In this document: positions 1 to 13,811 of the stretch, piece by piece
Layout: each line of letters starts with the position of its first letter
Numbering within the stretch: position 1 is the stretch's first letter
Source of the DNA: Phoronis australis
Taxonomy: Eukaryota; Animalia; Phoronida
Direction: 5' to 3'
NCBI GenBank assembly: GCA_002633005.1
Contig: NMRA01000149.1
Span: 78,066 to 142,065 of the forward strand
Length of the DNA: 64,000 bases
Notes under the pieces: model-generated
What the model was told of the DNA's origin: nothing
What the model saw: the letters and a program-made list of their open reading frames with translations, nothing else
The model's database searches: none
Made by a program: the position numbers and the translations under genes

Positions 1-2659
1 TTTTTTCCAGCACTATTTCAATAATTAATAGATTCCCTTTCTCATCATTATAGCTATTTGTAATTTCATATTCAAAATTATTATTAATTAGGATAGTGAC
101 ACCCCGTGCATCCCTTCTACCTGGACTCACAAAAATGTCAAAGCCCCACTGGGCCCTAATCATATCATGGTCTGATTCTATAAAATGTGTGTCTTGCAGA
201 CAATAAATATTATATTTTTTCCCTTTTAGGTAATTAAAAACATCCTTACGTTTTTGAAAATTTCGTAAACCTCTGCAGTTTAAAGACATAACGTTAATCA
301 TCTTTTAGATACTAGGTAAATGTCAATGAAAAGACAAGGATACGCAGATTCACAGATCTGTAAGCAAAATCTCCAATATATGACTTCAGAGCTATGTGAT
401 AAGTAGGTCTTATAAAGGCAATATCTCCCTTCCCAGATATAAGTCAATGTTACATAGTTACAAAACTCTAAAAACACAAATGCAAAAACCTTCCCTAGCA
501 TCCTGGTTCGCGGGCGTTGGAAAGAATTTTGTACATCCAACCGGAAAAAAAAGACAAAAATAGACAAGTAGCACTAACAAAGCATAGTTTGGTCTCAGCT
601 TCTAGTTTAATACAGAAAAGATAAGTACCGAGGGTAAGTCAGAGCCATGCCAGCGTAGATGCACTATAAACATCCAATAAAGCCTGCTGAGACTTGCCAT
701 AATCAAATCCCTGTTACTGAGATAACAAAAAAAAGAAAAACAGGTAAAAGCAATAAGGCGCTGGCATTAACATCTAACATCGGCCAATGCGAATACTTAA
801 ATAGTGACTAAATACAAAGTACTGGGATGTAGTTACGCTGTAAATTTTCTCCATGGTTCTTCCTTGTTTTTCCGTACCTCCAACCAAATCATATCAGGAG
901 CTTCCTTGATGCGAGTGAACATCTTCTGCTGCTTTCTCAAATCATAGGCAATGTGTGCCAGCTCTCCTCTCTTCTGCTTTAACAATGTTAATGTCTTCTT
1001 AATTTTCGTACTTCAGGAACATAACAAATGTGTTTTGTACACATACGCGCACGGCGCAGATCACATCTCGGAAATTGCCGATTTGACGGATGACAATGAA
1101 TGAACACAATGAAATTAACAACGTCGTTTTACAGCTTGTAAGATTCATAATAAACGTATTTTGAATATTGCAATGCATGTGTTCCAAAGTCCTATATTTT
1201 TGTATTGGTGCGCGCCGAATGAAAGTAATCGTGAGTGTTGCTGTGTTGCAAAATCTCTTATCCTGGGCCGATTTGAAAAATTCAAAGTTGTACTCATATT
1301 TGTTTTCGCTCCTCTTTTCAAATATTACTGTAAAAACTACGTAAAACTCTCTCCATAAAAAGTACAGTCTGCTAGCTAGATTGTAATCTCAGCTGATCAT
1401 ATCCGCATGAGCGAAGCCAATTATCCTCGCTCGTGACTCGATGACTAGAGCAGCTTGGCGGCATCCCTTTGATCGTGAGCCGAGCGCGACTCAGCCAAGG
1501 TGGATAAATACGGTCTAGTTCAATTTTCCATACCCCACCGTTTACCTTAACCACTGGGGTTAGAACCAATCTTATTTAGTGGGAATGTTCATAGCATGAC
1601 TAACTACAAACTATACACTACATATGCAAACGAATCACGAGATAATACTAATAAAACAAAATAATGAAGACTTTTCGAGCAAGCCATAGCACATTCAGTT
1701 ACAAGGAAAAAATGGCGGCGTTCAGGACAAGTTCCTGAACTGATGAGCCGGAAATGTGGGTACGGAAATAACCGATGACAGCCGGTAATTATACGTTCAC
1801 AGAGAAGGGTCAAATATTGTTAAAAAATCGCTTTTGGCAAGAAAGGCAAAAAGAATATAAAGAAAGGGTGTCGAAAATAAGAATATATGTAGTAAGTATT
1901 TTCGGATACTGGAACCACATGGGCAGTTTGAGAGAAGGAGTTTAACTTAAGATATTCCTTACCAAATGCGGCTTCTTTAAATTTCTTCCGGACAACTGGA
2001 TCATCGGCAAACTTCCGCATGTGATCGGCACCTGTAGAATGCCATTTTAAATGAGTTAATTGATAATCTCCCACATTCACAAACATTTTGAAAAACCATC
2101 ACTTACACAATGACAAAACGCATTCCTCTAGATCACTCATGAAGGGTCCTTATGGCTTCTATTACATGGAAAGCACTGTACAGCCTTTCAAAAGGTTATC
2201 CCTCACAATGTTCAATTACCTGCCATACAAAACTGTACATGTGGAGAATTTCTCGCTTACACTGATCACTGCTCAGATTCTCTTAGCACCAGACAACTTT
2301 TATGATGCCTATTCAGCTCGCTCTTTGCCAGTATTGATTTAGATCTGAGTTAATGAAGAGGAACTGGTAATACCTATAGCACTACTGTCTCAACAATGAT
2401 GGTTGGTGTTACACCCAAATTGTTTTTTTCTGGCATTTGCACAGACTTACGGTCTGAAACTGTGGAGAGCAATTTTAACTTGGTACATTTTAAATATTAC
2501 AAAATGCCTAAAACAGTTAATTTGTCTTTCTCTTCACAAATAACACTTCCCAAAGGAACGATGGTTTTAAAAATGTTAATTCCGGTTTTTGTTATTTCAT
2601 TTTAATACTCCTGTTTACTTGTCTTTTTTTTCTAACCGTGGAAGGGGTTGATATCTTTA

Positions 2660-2790
2660 CAGGGCTCGACATAACGAGCTGCAGGTCGCATTTGCGACCT
2701 GAAATTTGGAAATGCGAGCTGAGATTTTCGTCAGCTCGTATCAAGTCGCAAAATGCGACCTGGAATTTCCAACGAATGCGAGCTGAGTTT
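2660..2790 (+). mobile_element. One end of a hAT-like DNA transposon
   Basis: CAGGGCTCGACATAAC followed by clustered direct and inverted TGCGACCTG and GCGAGCTG subterminal motifs. No partner TIR was found. Confidence 0.4.
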
Positions 2791-4542
2791 TTACACTTCT
2801 CAACATATACCTGGCTAATACAAAGCAGCTCTTGTTAATCCAACCGTTATTTGGCTGTTGCCAAATCCAAGTTCAAAAGAACACTAACCGACAACAGCCC
2901 TCCCGATGATTTGTAAGCAATTAAGTCGCGTGAACATGGGATATGCAGAATCGATCTTTGACGCGTTTCATTGGCTAACACTTTCGGCCACTTTTGTAAA
3001 TTCCCGGATTCGCCGAAGAAAGTTTCGGGCCACTGCTTAACACATGAAAACTTCACAAAACAATGGTGTTTCTACTAATTCTTAAGCGATCAACTTACCA
3101 AACTTTGTGGTGGACAAAAATGTTTATTTTTCCCATAAGATGTCCTTATTACATGTACCAAATATCCACGACAATATCCCTGATACCGCACTGCGGCACC
3201 GTTAGCGCGCAAGCGGTCCCGGCAAACAATCGTGACTTAGACTGAGATGTGCTTCTCCTTTTTATCGTATTAAGACAGCCAAAGTGAAAATGATGACCTT
3301 ATTGATCGCCAAACGACGGTCCCCTCTTTACTTTCAAGTGCCAAGAANCTTTATATTTTATCATTTAACTTGAAGTACCAAAACAGTGGTTAATTTTGAT
3401 TGCCAACGAAACTTAATTTGTTTAGTTAATTGTGAACCCATCCGAGTTACACTAAACATTTTACAGCAAACAAAATTACAATTAGTGCCATTAGTTCAAG
3501 TTTTATTTTTATTAGAACTCAAATCATAAAAATACTGACGAAAGTGCAAATATGGTGATGACCAAACTGAACATTTGGAATATCTGGACAATTTCGGTTG
3601 CACATACTACTAACTATTCTAGCTTTTTCTCAGTCATAAAAAATGAAGAGTGGGCACAAGTTATTAGGACAACTGTTTCCTAGTAAAAAATCTGGTTAAA
3701 CGAGATTGAAAGAACATTAAAAAAATAATCCATACAATATTGTTAACTCTGATCAGCATTTGTAAATCCACAGAGTGGTACACATGGTCGTTTGTCTTCA
3801 ATTGAACTCAATGTTTATAGTTTTTAGCTTACTATAGTTCATCAATTTTTAAAGTCGGAAAACCACACATGGTTGGTTTTTCAAGCTGAATACCGCCATG
3901 GTGTTCGTTTTTAACGAAAATTACAGGTTAATACATTTTGAAAATTTGCCACTTTGTACATGCAGGCAGAAATGTTTACTACAATTTATGATCCGGTAAT
4001 TACACTTAACTGGGTCTTCCTCCGACACCAGCCAAGGCGGTAATCACAACTGTATCTGACACCGGCGCCGCGCTCTGTTTGATCCTGGTAAAACCCGCTC
4101 AGAAGGATGAGCGGTGAAAAGTCACTCACATCTTTAGAATGCGTGACTTCCTCATTGTAAATGCACTATATCATGGTATGTTCTATTCTTAGTGAGACAA
4201 ATAGCTTCAACACATCACCGAGTAAATGAAACCTAGATTTTAAATACCTAGAGCAATGAAGTTATTTAATCATTTTAGAAATAAGTTTACTAGTGGGATT
4301 GCGAAAGCAAGTATCCTACATTTAAGTACTTATAGTTAGTTACCTTCCCATATAAGCTCGCCCTTGTTCATAATCATCCAAACCACGCACGGTTGGTGTC
4401 CACGTGACATTTCCATCCATTTCTTCATCTGGAAAATAATTTCTATTTATTTTAGTCTTTATTGACTATAGTATACACGTTCCTGTCACAGCTGATATTA
4501 GTTGCAATATGTTCTGAATTTAACTTGCCAACATGCCTCAAA

Positions 4543-6254
4543 CAGCTAAAAAAGACAAGCAGCTGTACAGTAAAATTAAGTTCTTCAGTTTGATACAAAT
4601 AATTGTCATAATTTCTATCAGTGGTATTTTTTCAGAGACTTACCACATTGTTCTAAATACTCAAAATTTTACCAAAGGTTATTGTTGTGTTTATGTTTAC
4701 GTTAGAATCAGGCATGTGACTACAGCTGATGGGATGAGAGCAGTGTGTGGGTTGATGACTCTAGGAAACATGGCTTTGTAATAGTGTTACTCATATAGTT
4801 CCGTGCAGTAGTTGTAGTGAGTTCTATGTATAATTGGATATATTCCAAGAAATAACCTTTAAATATGGCCATGTTCGTAGTACAGCTATTCATTGACAAG
4901 AAATCACGAAAAGTGACTAGATTAGTCATAGGGTTAGAATCATATAAATTCTGAATGAGAAGGCATTTTACAGCAATTCAGAACGGAGATGTAAACGGGT
5001 TAAGACGTAGTGAAGCAGTTTATGAAGTTAAAACAGATGTAGCAGGACTTTGATTCCTCCACAGAAGTAAGTAGTTATTTACTATTATTCGTATTGTAAT
5101 TTTTAAGTAATAAGGTTTATTTAGAATTATTGTCAAATAGAAAGCTCAGAAATATGAAAAATAGCGTGAATAAGAAATAACGAAAGTTTAAATAGTTTAA
5201 TACAAGTATGTTTGAATATGATGCAGCTATCATGGAAATTAGATCAGTAATCTGTTTAGATTTACCAAAATAATGAGCTAGGAATGTTATGACGGTAATT
5301 AACGTTTATATCGGAATTATAAATAGCGTTTGACAAGTAATTGTTATTTAGATTAGTTTCTAATGTNCCTCCCACACGGATTTTACTGGAACAGCCCTAA
5401 AAAAGACAAGCAGCTGTACAGTAAAATTAAGTTCTTCAGTTTGATACAAATAATTGTCATAATTTCTATCAGTGGTATTTTTTCAGAGACTTACCACATT
5501 GTTCTAAATACTCAAAATTTTACCAAAGGTTAGTGTTGTGTTTATGTTTATGTTAGAATCAGGCATGTGACTACAGCTGATGGGATGAGAGCAGTGTGTG
5601 GGTTGATGACTCTAGGAAACATGGCTTATTATGTAATAGTGTTACTCATATAGTTCCGTGCAGTAGTTGTAGTGAGTTCTATGTATAATTGGATATATTC
5701 CAAGAGATAACCTTTAAATATGGCCATGTTCGTAGTACAGCTATTCATTGACAAGAGAATTCGGTGACAAATTTGGTAAGGGCAAGTAAAATCACGAAAA
5801 GTGACTAGATTAGTCATAGGGTTAGAATCATATAAATTCTGAATGAGAAGGCATTTTACAGCAGTTCAGAACGGAGATGTAAACCGGTTAAGACGTAGTG
5901 AACCAGTTTATGAAGTTAAAACCGATGTAGCAGGACTTTGATTCCTCCACAGAAGTAAGTAGTTATTTACTATTATTCGTATCGTAATTTTTAAGTAATA
6001 AGGTTTATTTAGAATTATTGTCAAATAGAAAGCTCAGAAATATGAAAAATAGCGTGAATAAGAAATAACGAAAGTTTAAATAGTTTAATACAAGTATGTT
6101 TGAATATGATGCAGCTATCATGGAAATTAGATCAGTAATCTGTTTAGATTTACCAAAATAATGAGCTAGGAATGTTATGACGGTAATTAACGTTTATATC
6201 GGAATTATAAATAGCGTTTGACAAGTAATTGTTATTTAGATTAGTTTCTAATGT
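4543..6254. repeat. About 850-bp near-identical direct duplication separated by an N
   Basis: Copy 1 about 4543-5366 and copy 2 about 5392-6254, with N at 5367. The copies differ by a few substitutions and a roughly 30-bp indel. Confidence 0.9.
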
Positions 6255-9200
6255 TTTGTAATTTGTTGTTTACAGATCGAATAAATATACTATCATTTAT
6301 ATGATTTAAAGAGGAATCCTAGTTCTCATTGGTTTCGGCCTTGAGCCTGTCAGCGGTACAGCTAGCTATTTGGTAATGGCTATGCTTTACAAATTGTATG
6401 GCATATACAAACCAAGCAAAACTGAAGAGCAAAGTAATTTTTCCTGACTGAAAGTTTATTTTTGTTGAGAAATTTGACAAAATGAAATTTCACCTGCCTA
6501 TCACATTGTGTCCCAAACTGAAGATTTTTTTACTTTACCTGCAATTTTCTTGGATATAAGTATCAAACAATTAATTACGATGTTAAATTGACATATATGA
6601 CTCTGGTACCCAACAATTAGCCTGGAAGAATGAGAATTACATATGAGTACAGAAATTACAGTGACGCTCACCTTATTTTGAATTTGTTTTGATTGATTCC
6701 TTTCCCATCTTCTTTTACTTGACTCTTTTATTGTCGGAACTGCAATGGTTACTGAAAAAGAAAAAATGCATTTTTTTGGTATTCAACAAGTCTGCTGCAG
6801 ATAGCCCTTACAGATGAGAAAACTTGTTATGAAAATCGTGGAAAGAGTATGGTGATGGGCAAAGTCTGAAATATCAACATGATCAAGGATAACATTTTAA
6901 AGGTGACGGTTTTGCAATGAGGGGTCTTGGCCTTGCACATTCGAAGTGAATTGTAGATGCACGTCATGCTGTGAACCTCCCCATTAAGGAAATGAGGATC
7001 GATTTGGAGAAACCTTTTACATTTCTTGATCAATTCTCACCAGATGAGCCCAACAAGGTCTTACCCACATTCCAAAATCGCTAGTGGGTTGGTCATTAAA
7101 TAAGGAGTGAGTTTATTCAAGGTCAACTAAGCCCAAGGTAATTACTAGAGGGTTCCTTATCAAATCATATCTAAACACATTAATTAGGCTTCCATGAACA
7201 CCATGATCCATGCAGGCCATACTATACCCGCCCATCAACACAAAGGGGCAACAACAGTTTTTCAAACTTTTGTTTTGGAAGTTGGTATTTTAAATTATTT
7301 TAAATAGTTCATGAAAAGTACACACGATATGTTTTATGAAAATTAGGAAATTGGCCAAGAAATGTGACTTTCATAACCTAAAAACCTTTAATTAATGTTG
7401 CCATAACATGTTCCTCATAAATTCTGCTGGCGCAACATAACTGAGCCACTTCAAGTTATGACAAACCGACCTGAGTTGGATTTTGAGGTAAGCTTTATTA
7501 AGTGTCCTCGTACCATTCATCGACACATTTTATTATGCGCTTTTGCACTTTACCCTATATGGTGCCACAGCTCATTTGTTCAAGTACTGAGGCAGCTAAA
7601 GATGGATCCTTAGTAAACTATAAATATATATTGACGATGAGTAGATCTTCATACAGCTAGCTGGTTCAGCTGGCTACTATAGAGATGATGGGGTCATTGT
7701 CTGCCTGTATTAATTATTAATGAATAGCAACCACAACCTACTCAAATTTTGAAGAATCAGGGACGTACTGATCATGGTCGATACAGCACAGAAATAATTA
7801 GGGCTATAGCCCTCCCCCCTCCCCCAGCCCCCTATGGTGCGGGCCGCCCTAGGCAATCACGTACATTGTCCTGGATGCCGCAGGCCAACCGAGGGGCTAA
7901 GTGTTGCCTATATAGGGCCCCCAATGGAAATGGGCGGCGCAGCAGTGAAATAAGTAGAGGACTGTATAGTCCGGTTACCTATTGTCGTCAGGCTCCAAAG
8001 GTCGTCCGCCATCTTGTTTCGCGTGCAGCGCAACCACGCGGGACTTAGCGTTCCAATTTGGAGTGCTCGTCTACACGTTAGGTACTAACTTATCGGAAGA
8101 GACACGTATCAAAGTAATGAGACAAAAATCGGTGAGTTTACCGATTGTTTTTTAAAACCACTTAAAAATCAGTAGATTTTACTAATACACTTTTTTGTGC
8201 GTTTTCAGAAGATGTTTTCGAATTTAAATTTTCTTCCGACGGGACACAAAACATGATCCAGGGTTTGTTTATGCAATGTATCTGTTTGTCCCAGGCACTA
8301 GTAGGATCTAGAAGGCCAAAGGAAAAATCCGCAGACAAATGCGATACGCTGGGTTCTTAACATTTTTGCCTCACGTTCACCATTAAACTGCATTGAAATG
8401 TTGTCCAATTGGCTTTTATTGGAAACCACAGTGCAGAGCTCAACATCAAAGCTTCAAATCGAGTTTATGTCAATAAAAACAGGCTGTTGCAATTTTCATT
8501 ACTTCGTTGGCCTTTTTCTGCATGTTTCTCAGTTTTTACAAAAGGGGGCAGCATATGACGAACTTAGGTGTCACAATAAAATGGCTGCCGAAGGCAGTGC
8601 ACATTTGAAATAACTCGGCACAAATTAAAGAAAACTTCCGAATCGATGAATGCGGTATATCTGTGAGAGTTGAATCGAATCCTATTCAGATCATAACTTT
8701 GAAGTGGAATAATTCGGTGAGTACAACAGCAAGTCGGTTTTATGCTTAGGCGGACGAACATTGGGCTCCCCAGTATATGTCCGTCACAACACCCATTCTA
8801 TACGGTAAGCTGAACGCCGATATGTGAACTTGTCCTTTAAGGACAGGCTCATACTCACGAACCTGAAAAGGTTTGCGGAGATATTCAACAACCAAGTTCG
8901 CCTCCTTTTCTTAGGCTACTTACGTTTCGGGGATGACATGTCCGCCACAACACGACTCGAAATATGTCCACGAAAACTCGTGATTTCTCGAGGACGACTT
9001 ATCACCGCGAGAACACGCATTCACTCTTACAGGGACACTTTTTCAGTAGGCCTATAGGTGACGCTGTGTCAGAGGATAAGTAAGCGATTTCTATGATGGA
9101 TCAACTCAGGCCTCCACCATCAAATTTTCGTAGACATAACAAGTTTTGCTGAGATATTCGATAATAACATTCGCCTCCTTTACTACAGGTGTCCGCCATA

Positions 9201-10220
9201 GCAGGAGCTAAAATACCGTCAGGTAAAACTTGTGGGTTTGTCGAGGAGTATGCCCACGAGAACATTTCACTTTTCTACTGAGTGAACCTGTAACTAGAAT
9301 TTAGGTGGACGTCCTAATTAACGTAAGCCGGGGACTCAGCGAAAATAAACATAAAAAACGTCGTCGACATGCCGACTATTATTTTTATTTCCACGTAAAA
9401 ATAGTAGAGGTTTCGAAAAACGATGTAAACGGGAATAATCACGCATAGTACTGCAGTGGCGACGCAGCACTGAAAAGAAGTGGGGGGGGGGGTCGCATAG
9501 CCCCCAGCCCCCCTGTGGTCACCGCCCATTGACCATGGGCGGCACAGCATTGAAGGCAGTGGGAGGCTATGGGGAGCGCCGCCCGCCCATGATATATAAT
9601 TCCGCGTCATGCATGCCATTGTTAGCTGGCGCAATCCCGATAATTAGTGTGTTTGAGTGACGCGAACTGAATACAAATGCCAGGGTGATTCACGTCGGTC
9701 GCTTTAAACGCGAAACCTGTGGCCCCTTTTTAATTCTTATTTGGTAAGACATCGAAACAGTTTTTATTTTGATAGTGCTCTCAATCTTCTTTGCTTCAGT
9801 ATAAAGTGAATACGACTCTTTTGTTTCTTACTAAGTCCAGCTGAAGGCCTGTCTTTTTCCAAAACTGTCCGCAAATTATTCCGCCGGGGATCGCTGGATA
9901 TCATGGACCTAGTAGTGAGAATGGATTTTCAACAGATATGATTCTATGTATTTTTTACATGCTTAATTTACATGCATCTATTTCATGCGCGCAAAACAGC
10001 CTTTAATATGGGGGGGGCTCGAATTTCCAACGATGTGGACCTTATACGGGGTGACACATCCAGGGCTGTGAATTGTGCGTTGTGCGGCGTTTGCGCCTTT
10101 TTAGAGTGGATTTTTTTTTCTCGTTTTCTGTGACTTTTTGTTTCTCTGGGGCGGACCTTTTTGTTCACTTCGCCAACTGAAATGGGAGGGGGGGGCTCGT
10201 TCGAGCTCCCCCCTGGGTAA

Positions 10221-10263
10221 AATACAATACAATACAATACAATACAATACATTACAATACAAT
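10221..10263. repeat. (AATAC)n microsatellite
   Basis: About 8 pentamer units. Confidence 0.9.
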
Positions 10264-10788
10264 TAAACGGAACATTCAAGATACTGTAAAACATACATGT
10301 ATATACCGAATGTCCATCAACTTTCTCAGAGAAAAACATGATGCAGAGCTGAACTTGAAATACGTAAAGAGATAACACTGGAATGGGAAAAGTTTGAAAT
10401 GGAGACGAAAGAAAGGGAGTGGAGGCTAGCTGTAGAACACAACATGTTAAATCTCATCGCAAAATTAACATAAAAATTGACTAAATTGAGTTGACTGATT
10501 TGTGTTAGATATGCTTTGAGAACAAAAATAAAAGAAGTTGCTTTCGTAAAGTGATTTTTTAAAGTAGTTTGTAATCTAGCGAGATGTACTACGATGTACT
10601 GGGCGCCCTGAGCTCAGTCATTCGGTTCACAACTTACACGTTCACTGAAGTAAAAATTTAGCTGTTGCGAAACCCATTTTTCTTACCCTAACGTGAATTT
10701 GCACGCGCAATTATATATGCGTGATTATTCACGTTTACGTCGCTTTGCAAAACCTCTCTAATATTATTGAGTCTTTTTCATCTACAAA

Positions 10789-10896
10789 ATATATATATAT
10801 ATATATACATATACGTATACGTGTACGTGTACGCGTACGCGTACGCGTACGCATACGCATATGCATATGCATATGTATATGTATATATATATACAT
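10789..10896. repeat. Alternating purine-pyrimidine compound microsatellite
   Basis: (AT)n grading through ATATAC, GTATAC, GTGTAC, GCGTAC, GCATAC, GCATAT and GTATAT back to (AT)n. Confidence 0.95.
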
Positions 10897-12222
10897 TTAA
10901 CGATTGTTGCAATGGCAATGAAGTGATAAAGGCGATGATTGGCGACAATGAAACATGAATAAAATGGAGAAGTTTAACACACAGAACGAGTTTATTTCAG
11001 GCAACATTTCGATATAGCGTTCAAAGTCTTGTCGTGGAAGTTATGCTTCATTTTCTTAGTACGTGAATGTGGTTTTATTTTATTTCTTAAAGTCTACGAC
11101 GCTTTGCAACGAAACAGCTAAATACATGTATGTCCCCACCTTGATTGGAAACTTTCATATAATTCTGGCGCAGCGTCTCCTACTAAACAGCGACTTTGCA
11201 AGCAAGGCACCCGGCGCGTACTAGATAAGAATGGCCCGATGCTTTTTTCTGTTCTGGACTTGTGCACCAGTTGAAGTAAATTACAGCTCATGGAATAACC
11301 CGCAAATGAAATCTATTTACTGTTTCAGTTTCCCTTGAAGGAGCGGAGACAATTGTACAGCGGCCTCAGTGCCTCCCTGTTTTTCGTTGTCAGAGACAAC
11401 GTTTAGTATTTTGATATAGAAGTTGCACCTCGCTCTACTTTGCTCGCAAAAAACGCAAATTAAGACTTTGAGTCATGGAATGGGAATCAGAGATTTCTTT
11501 ACCGTGATTGGGTTCTAACCCTAAAGTTGGGATTGGCAAACCCTAAAATTGCCAAATTCGGCAAGGTCACATGTAGGCATTGTCTGTGACTTGAATAGCT
11601 AACGCAAATTGATTCATATTGCAGTAAAGATTATTGAGACCGATTACACGAGAGCAAATGCCCTATGTTTTGTTTTATTAAGTAGGTGTATCTGCCTGCA
11701 TCCCACTGGAATAGCTCAAACAGCTTTGCACCGAACGGTAGTTCACACAAAATATGTCATTTTGACATGTGCTGGCCCAATGACTCATTTTTATCTCTGA
11801 CAACCTGCGAGGTGTTTTACATAGTTATGTATGTATGGTACGTTAATTGACTGATTCACGGAGGAATTATCGAAAAATGTAAGCTAACCAATGCAATTTT
11901 ATGATACCTTTTAATCAGCAATGGATTCCAAGTGATTTTTGACAATATGAATTAACCATATCTAAGGTAACTTGGTGAAAGCGAAAATTTTCAACTACTG
12001 CAGTTGTACACCAGTTGAAATCCTAGTTGTAAACTAATTTGCATCTGACAATTTTCAACTGGGCAGGAGTCATTCTACAGTTGTATCACCCAAGCTAACT
12101 TCAATGCTTGGATGAAATTCGGTATCATTTTAGAGTGGGTGCTTCCCATAATTATTGACATCAACAAGTATGTGTTCTAAGTTATACTAACCTTGTCCCA
12201 GAGAAACCTTGGGTTCCTTTGG

Positions 12223-12465
12223 CAGTGGCAGATCTACGATTTCAGTAAGGGGGGGGGGGTTTAGGATTCGAAAGAATCCGAGGCGCGTAGCGCCGAGGAG
12301 AAGGAAGGTCGCGAGAGGGTTTCCCTCCTCCCGTGTAATATTTTTTGAGATTTTTAGTAGCTAATTTCGTTTTTCTGGCGATTTTATTTCCAGTTTTTAT
12401 TTTTGATCCTGTCCCGAGGGGGGGTTTAAACCCCCTGAACCCCCCCCCCTGTAGATCCGCCTCTG
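12223..12465. mobile_element. MITE with CAG termini and 5-bp TSD
   Basis: TIRs CAGTGGCAGATCTAC / GTAGATCCGCCTCTG, internal G-runs and C-runs, TTTGG duplicated at both flanks. Confidence 0.8.
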
Positions 12466-13448
12466 TTTGGTTGAACTCCTTCCAAGCAAGAAAACAGGCA
12501 TTGCATTAGGAACTATTGTTACTTTCTTATATGAGCTTGGCCATGATGTTTTGATGATACTCATATTTTGCATGTTATGTCATTATTCTCATGATTTCCA
12601 TACTTGTACTCCAAAATCAATAACAGGAGAAACCAATAACCTGCAATACAGCAACTCACAAATATTTTGCCCAACATCTGATGGCTCTGGACAACTGACC
12701 TGCAGAATGATCACCTTTGCTGGACAGTTGACCTCCGTATTTTGCCACCTTTTTCACAAAATATTTGTGACCTATAGTGTGTAGACCTAGGCTGGGTTGT
12801 ATAAAATGTCCTTTGGACAACTTTGACTGTTGCATGACGTCAAAGGCATTGTTTAACAACAGTATCATAATGCATGATAATACAATTACTGCTATCCCAG
12901 TATACAACTTTTCTGTAACTGGGTTCAGTGCATGTTAAATAAAAAAAATCATAGAATGGAAATTTTACTTAACGTTTAAAGGCGAGAAATATAGACTTTG
13001 AATATTTAAGGAAGCTGTATATGAATACGTAAAAATAAGTCGACATGGAGGTTCAGTTCAAGAATACTTCCCAATTTACCCATTGCATCACCCCTCTTGA
13101 ATTCAGTCTGGGTTGAACTTCATGTTCAATTGCTGCAATCAACAGCTTACGTAGACACATTTAGAAGCAGGCAGAGCCCAGGTTCAAGTTCCCAGTAGCC
13201 ACAAAAATCTTCTAAGTTAGTCTTGACATTGAAAACCTTGAGATCATAACAAGAGACCAGAAAACGAAGTGACAAACAGCTTAACAAACCTTTGCTTTCA
13301 ATTGATTTTGTCCACAAGACGAGATGCTCCCAAAACACAGATATTCAATTTTTTTGACAAAATAATATACTATTTTATTGGAGTATAATATTCAGCAAGA
13401 CATCAACTCTTCAAAAGCAGCACATTCCAAAAAACTGTCACGTTCAGA

Positions 13449-13811
13449 TCAGTCAGATTCACTGTTCTCACTATCAGAATAATTTCCCAGCAAGCTAAGC
13501 CCACTAGGTGGAGCTGATTCTTTGTCCTGTGAATTACTCACAGGTGAACATTGTTGAATGATATTTTTATCTGACTTGGTTGCGCTGCTGTTTTCATTGT
13601 AAACACTTGTGTCTTTACTGACACGTGTATCACTGACGGGTCCATTTCCATCCGTTTTAACTGATTCAGCCACAAACGCAGCTTTTACTGAAGTGCACAG
13701 GTCACCAGATTGTGCAGGCTTCCTCTTCACCAAGCCCATCAACTTGCTTCTTTGTGATTGTGATTTTATGTTTTTCCCAATGGTTGCATCGTTCTTCAAA
13801 TCAGAATGATT
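13449..13811 (-). CDS. YJU2: YJU2 last coding exon (...LMGLVKRKP...GLSLLGNYSDSENSESD*)
   Basis: ttcag| acceptor, 363 nt to TGA. LSLLGxYSDS ending is typical of YJU2. AATAAA on the minus strand at 13374-13379. Confidence 0.88.
   Translation of the reverse strand, partial: NHSDLKNDATIGKNIKSQSQRSKLMGLVKRKPAQSGDLCTSVKAAFVAESVKTDGNGPVSDTRVSKDTSVYNENSSATKSDKNIIQQCSPVSNSQDKESAPPSGLSLLGNYSDSENSESD

Noticed and set aside
1820-2342. Protein-like ORFs (HMRKFADDPVVRKKFKEAAF...)
   Set aside because: No family recognised and no consistent splice partners. Possibly decayed transposon coding sequence.
5570-7060. Possible decayed exons (AVQNGDVNRLR..., EPPIKEMRIDLEKPFTFLDQFSPDEPNK)
   Set aside because: Multiple stop codons and no identifiable homology by eye.
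9453-9590. GC-rich MITE-like remnants and a 106-aa ORF
   Set aside because: Short imperfect inverted repeats without TSDs. The ORF is low-complexity.
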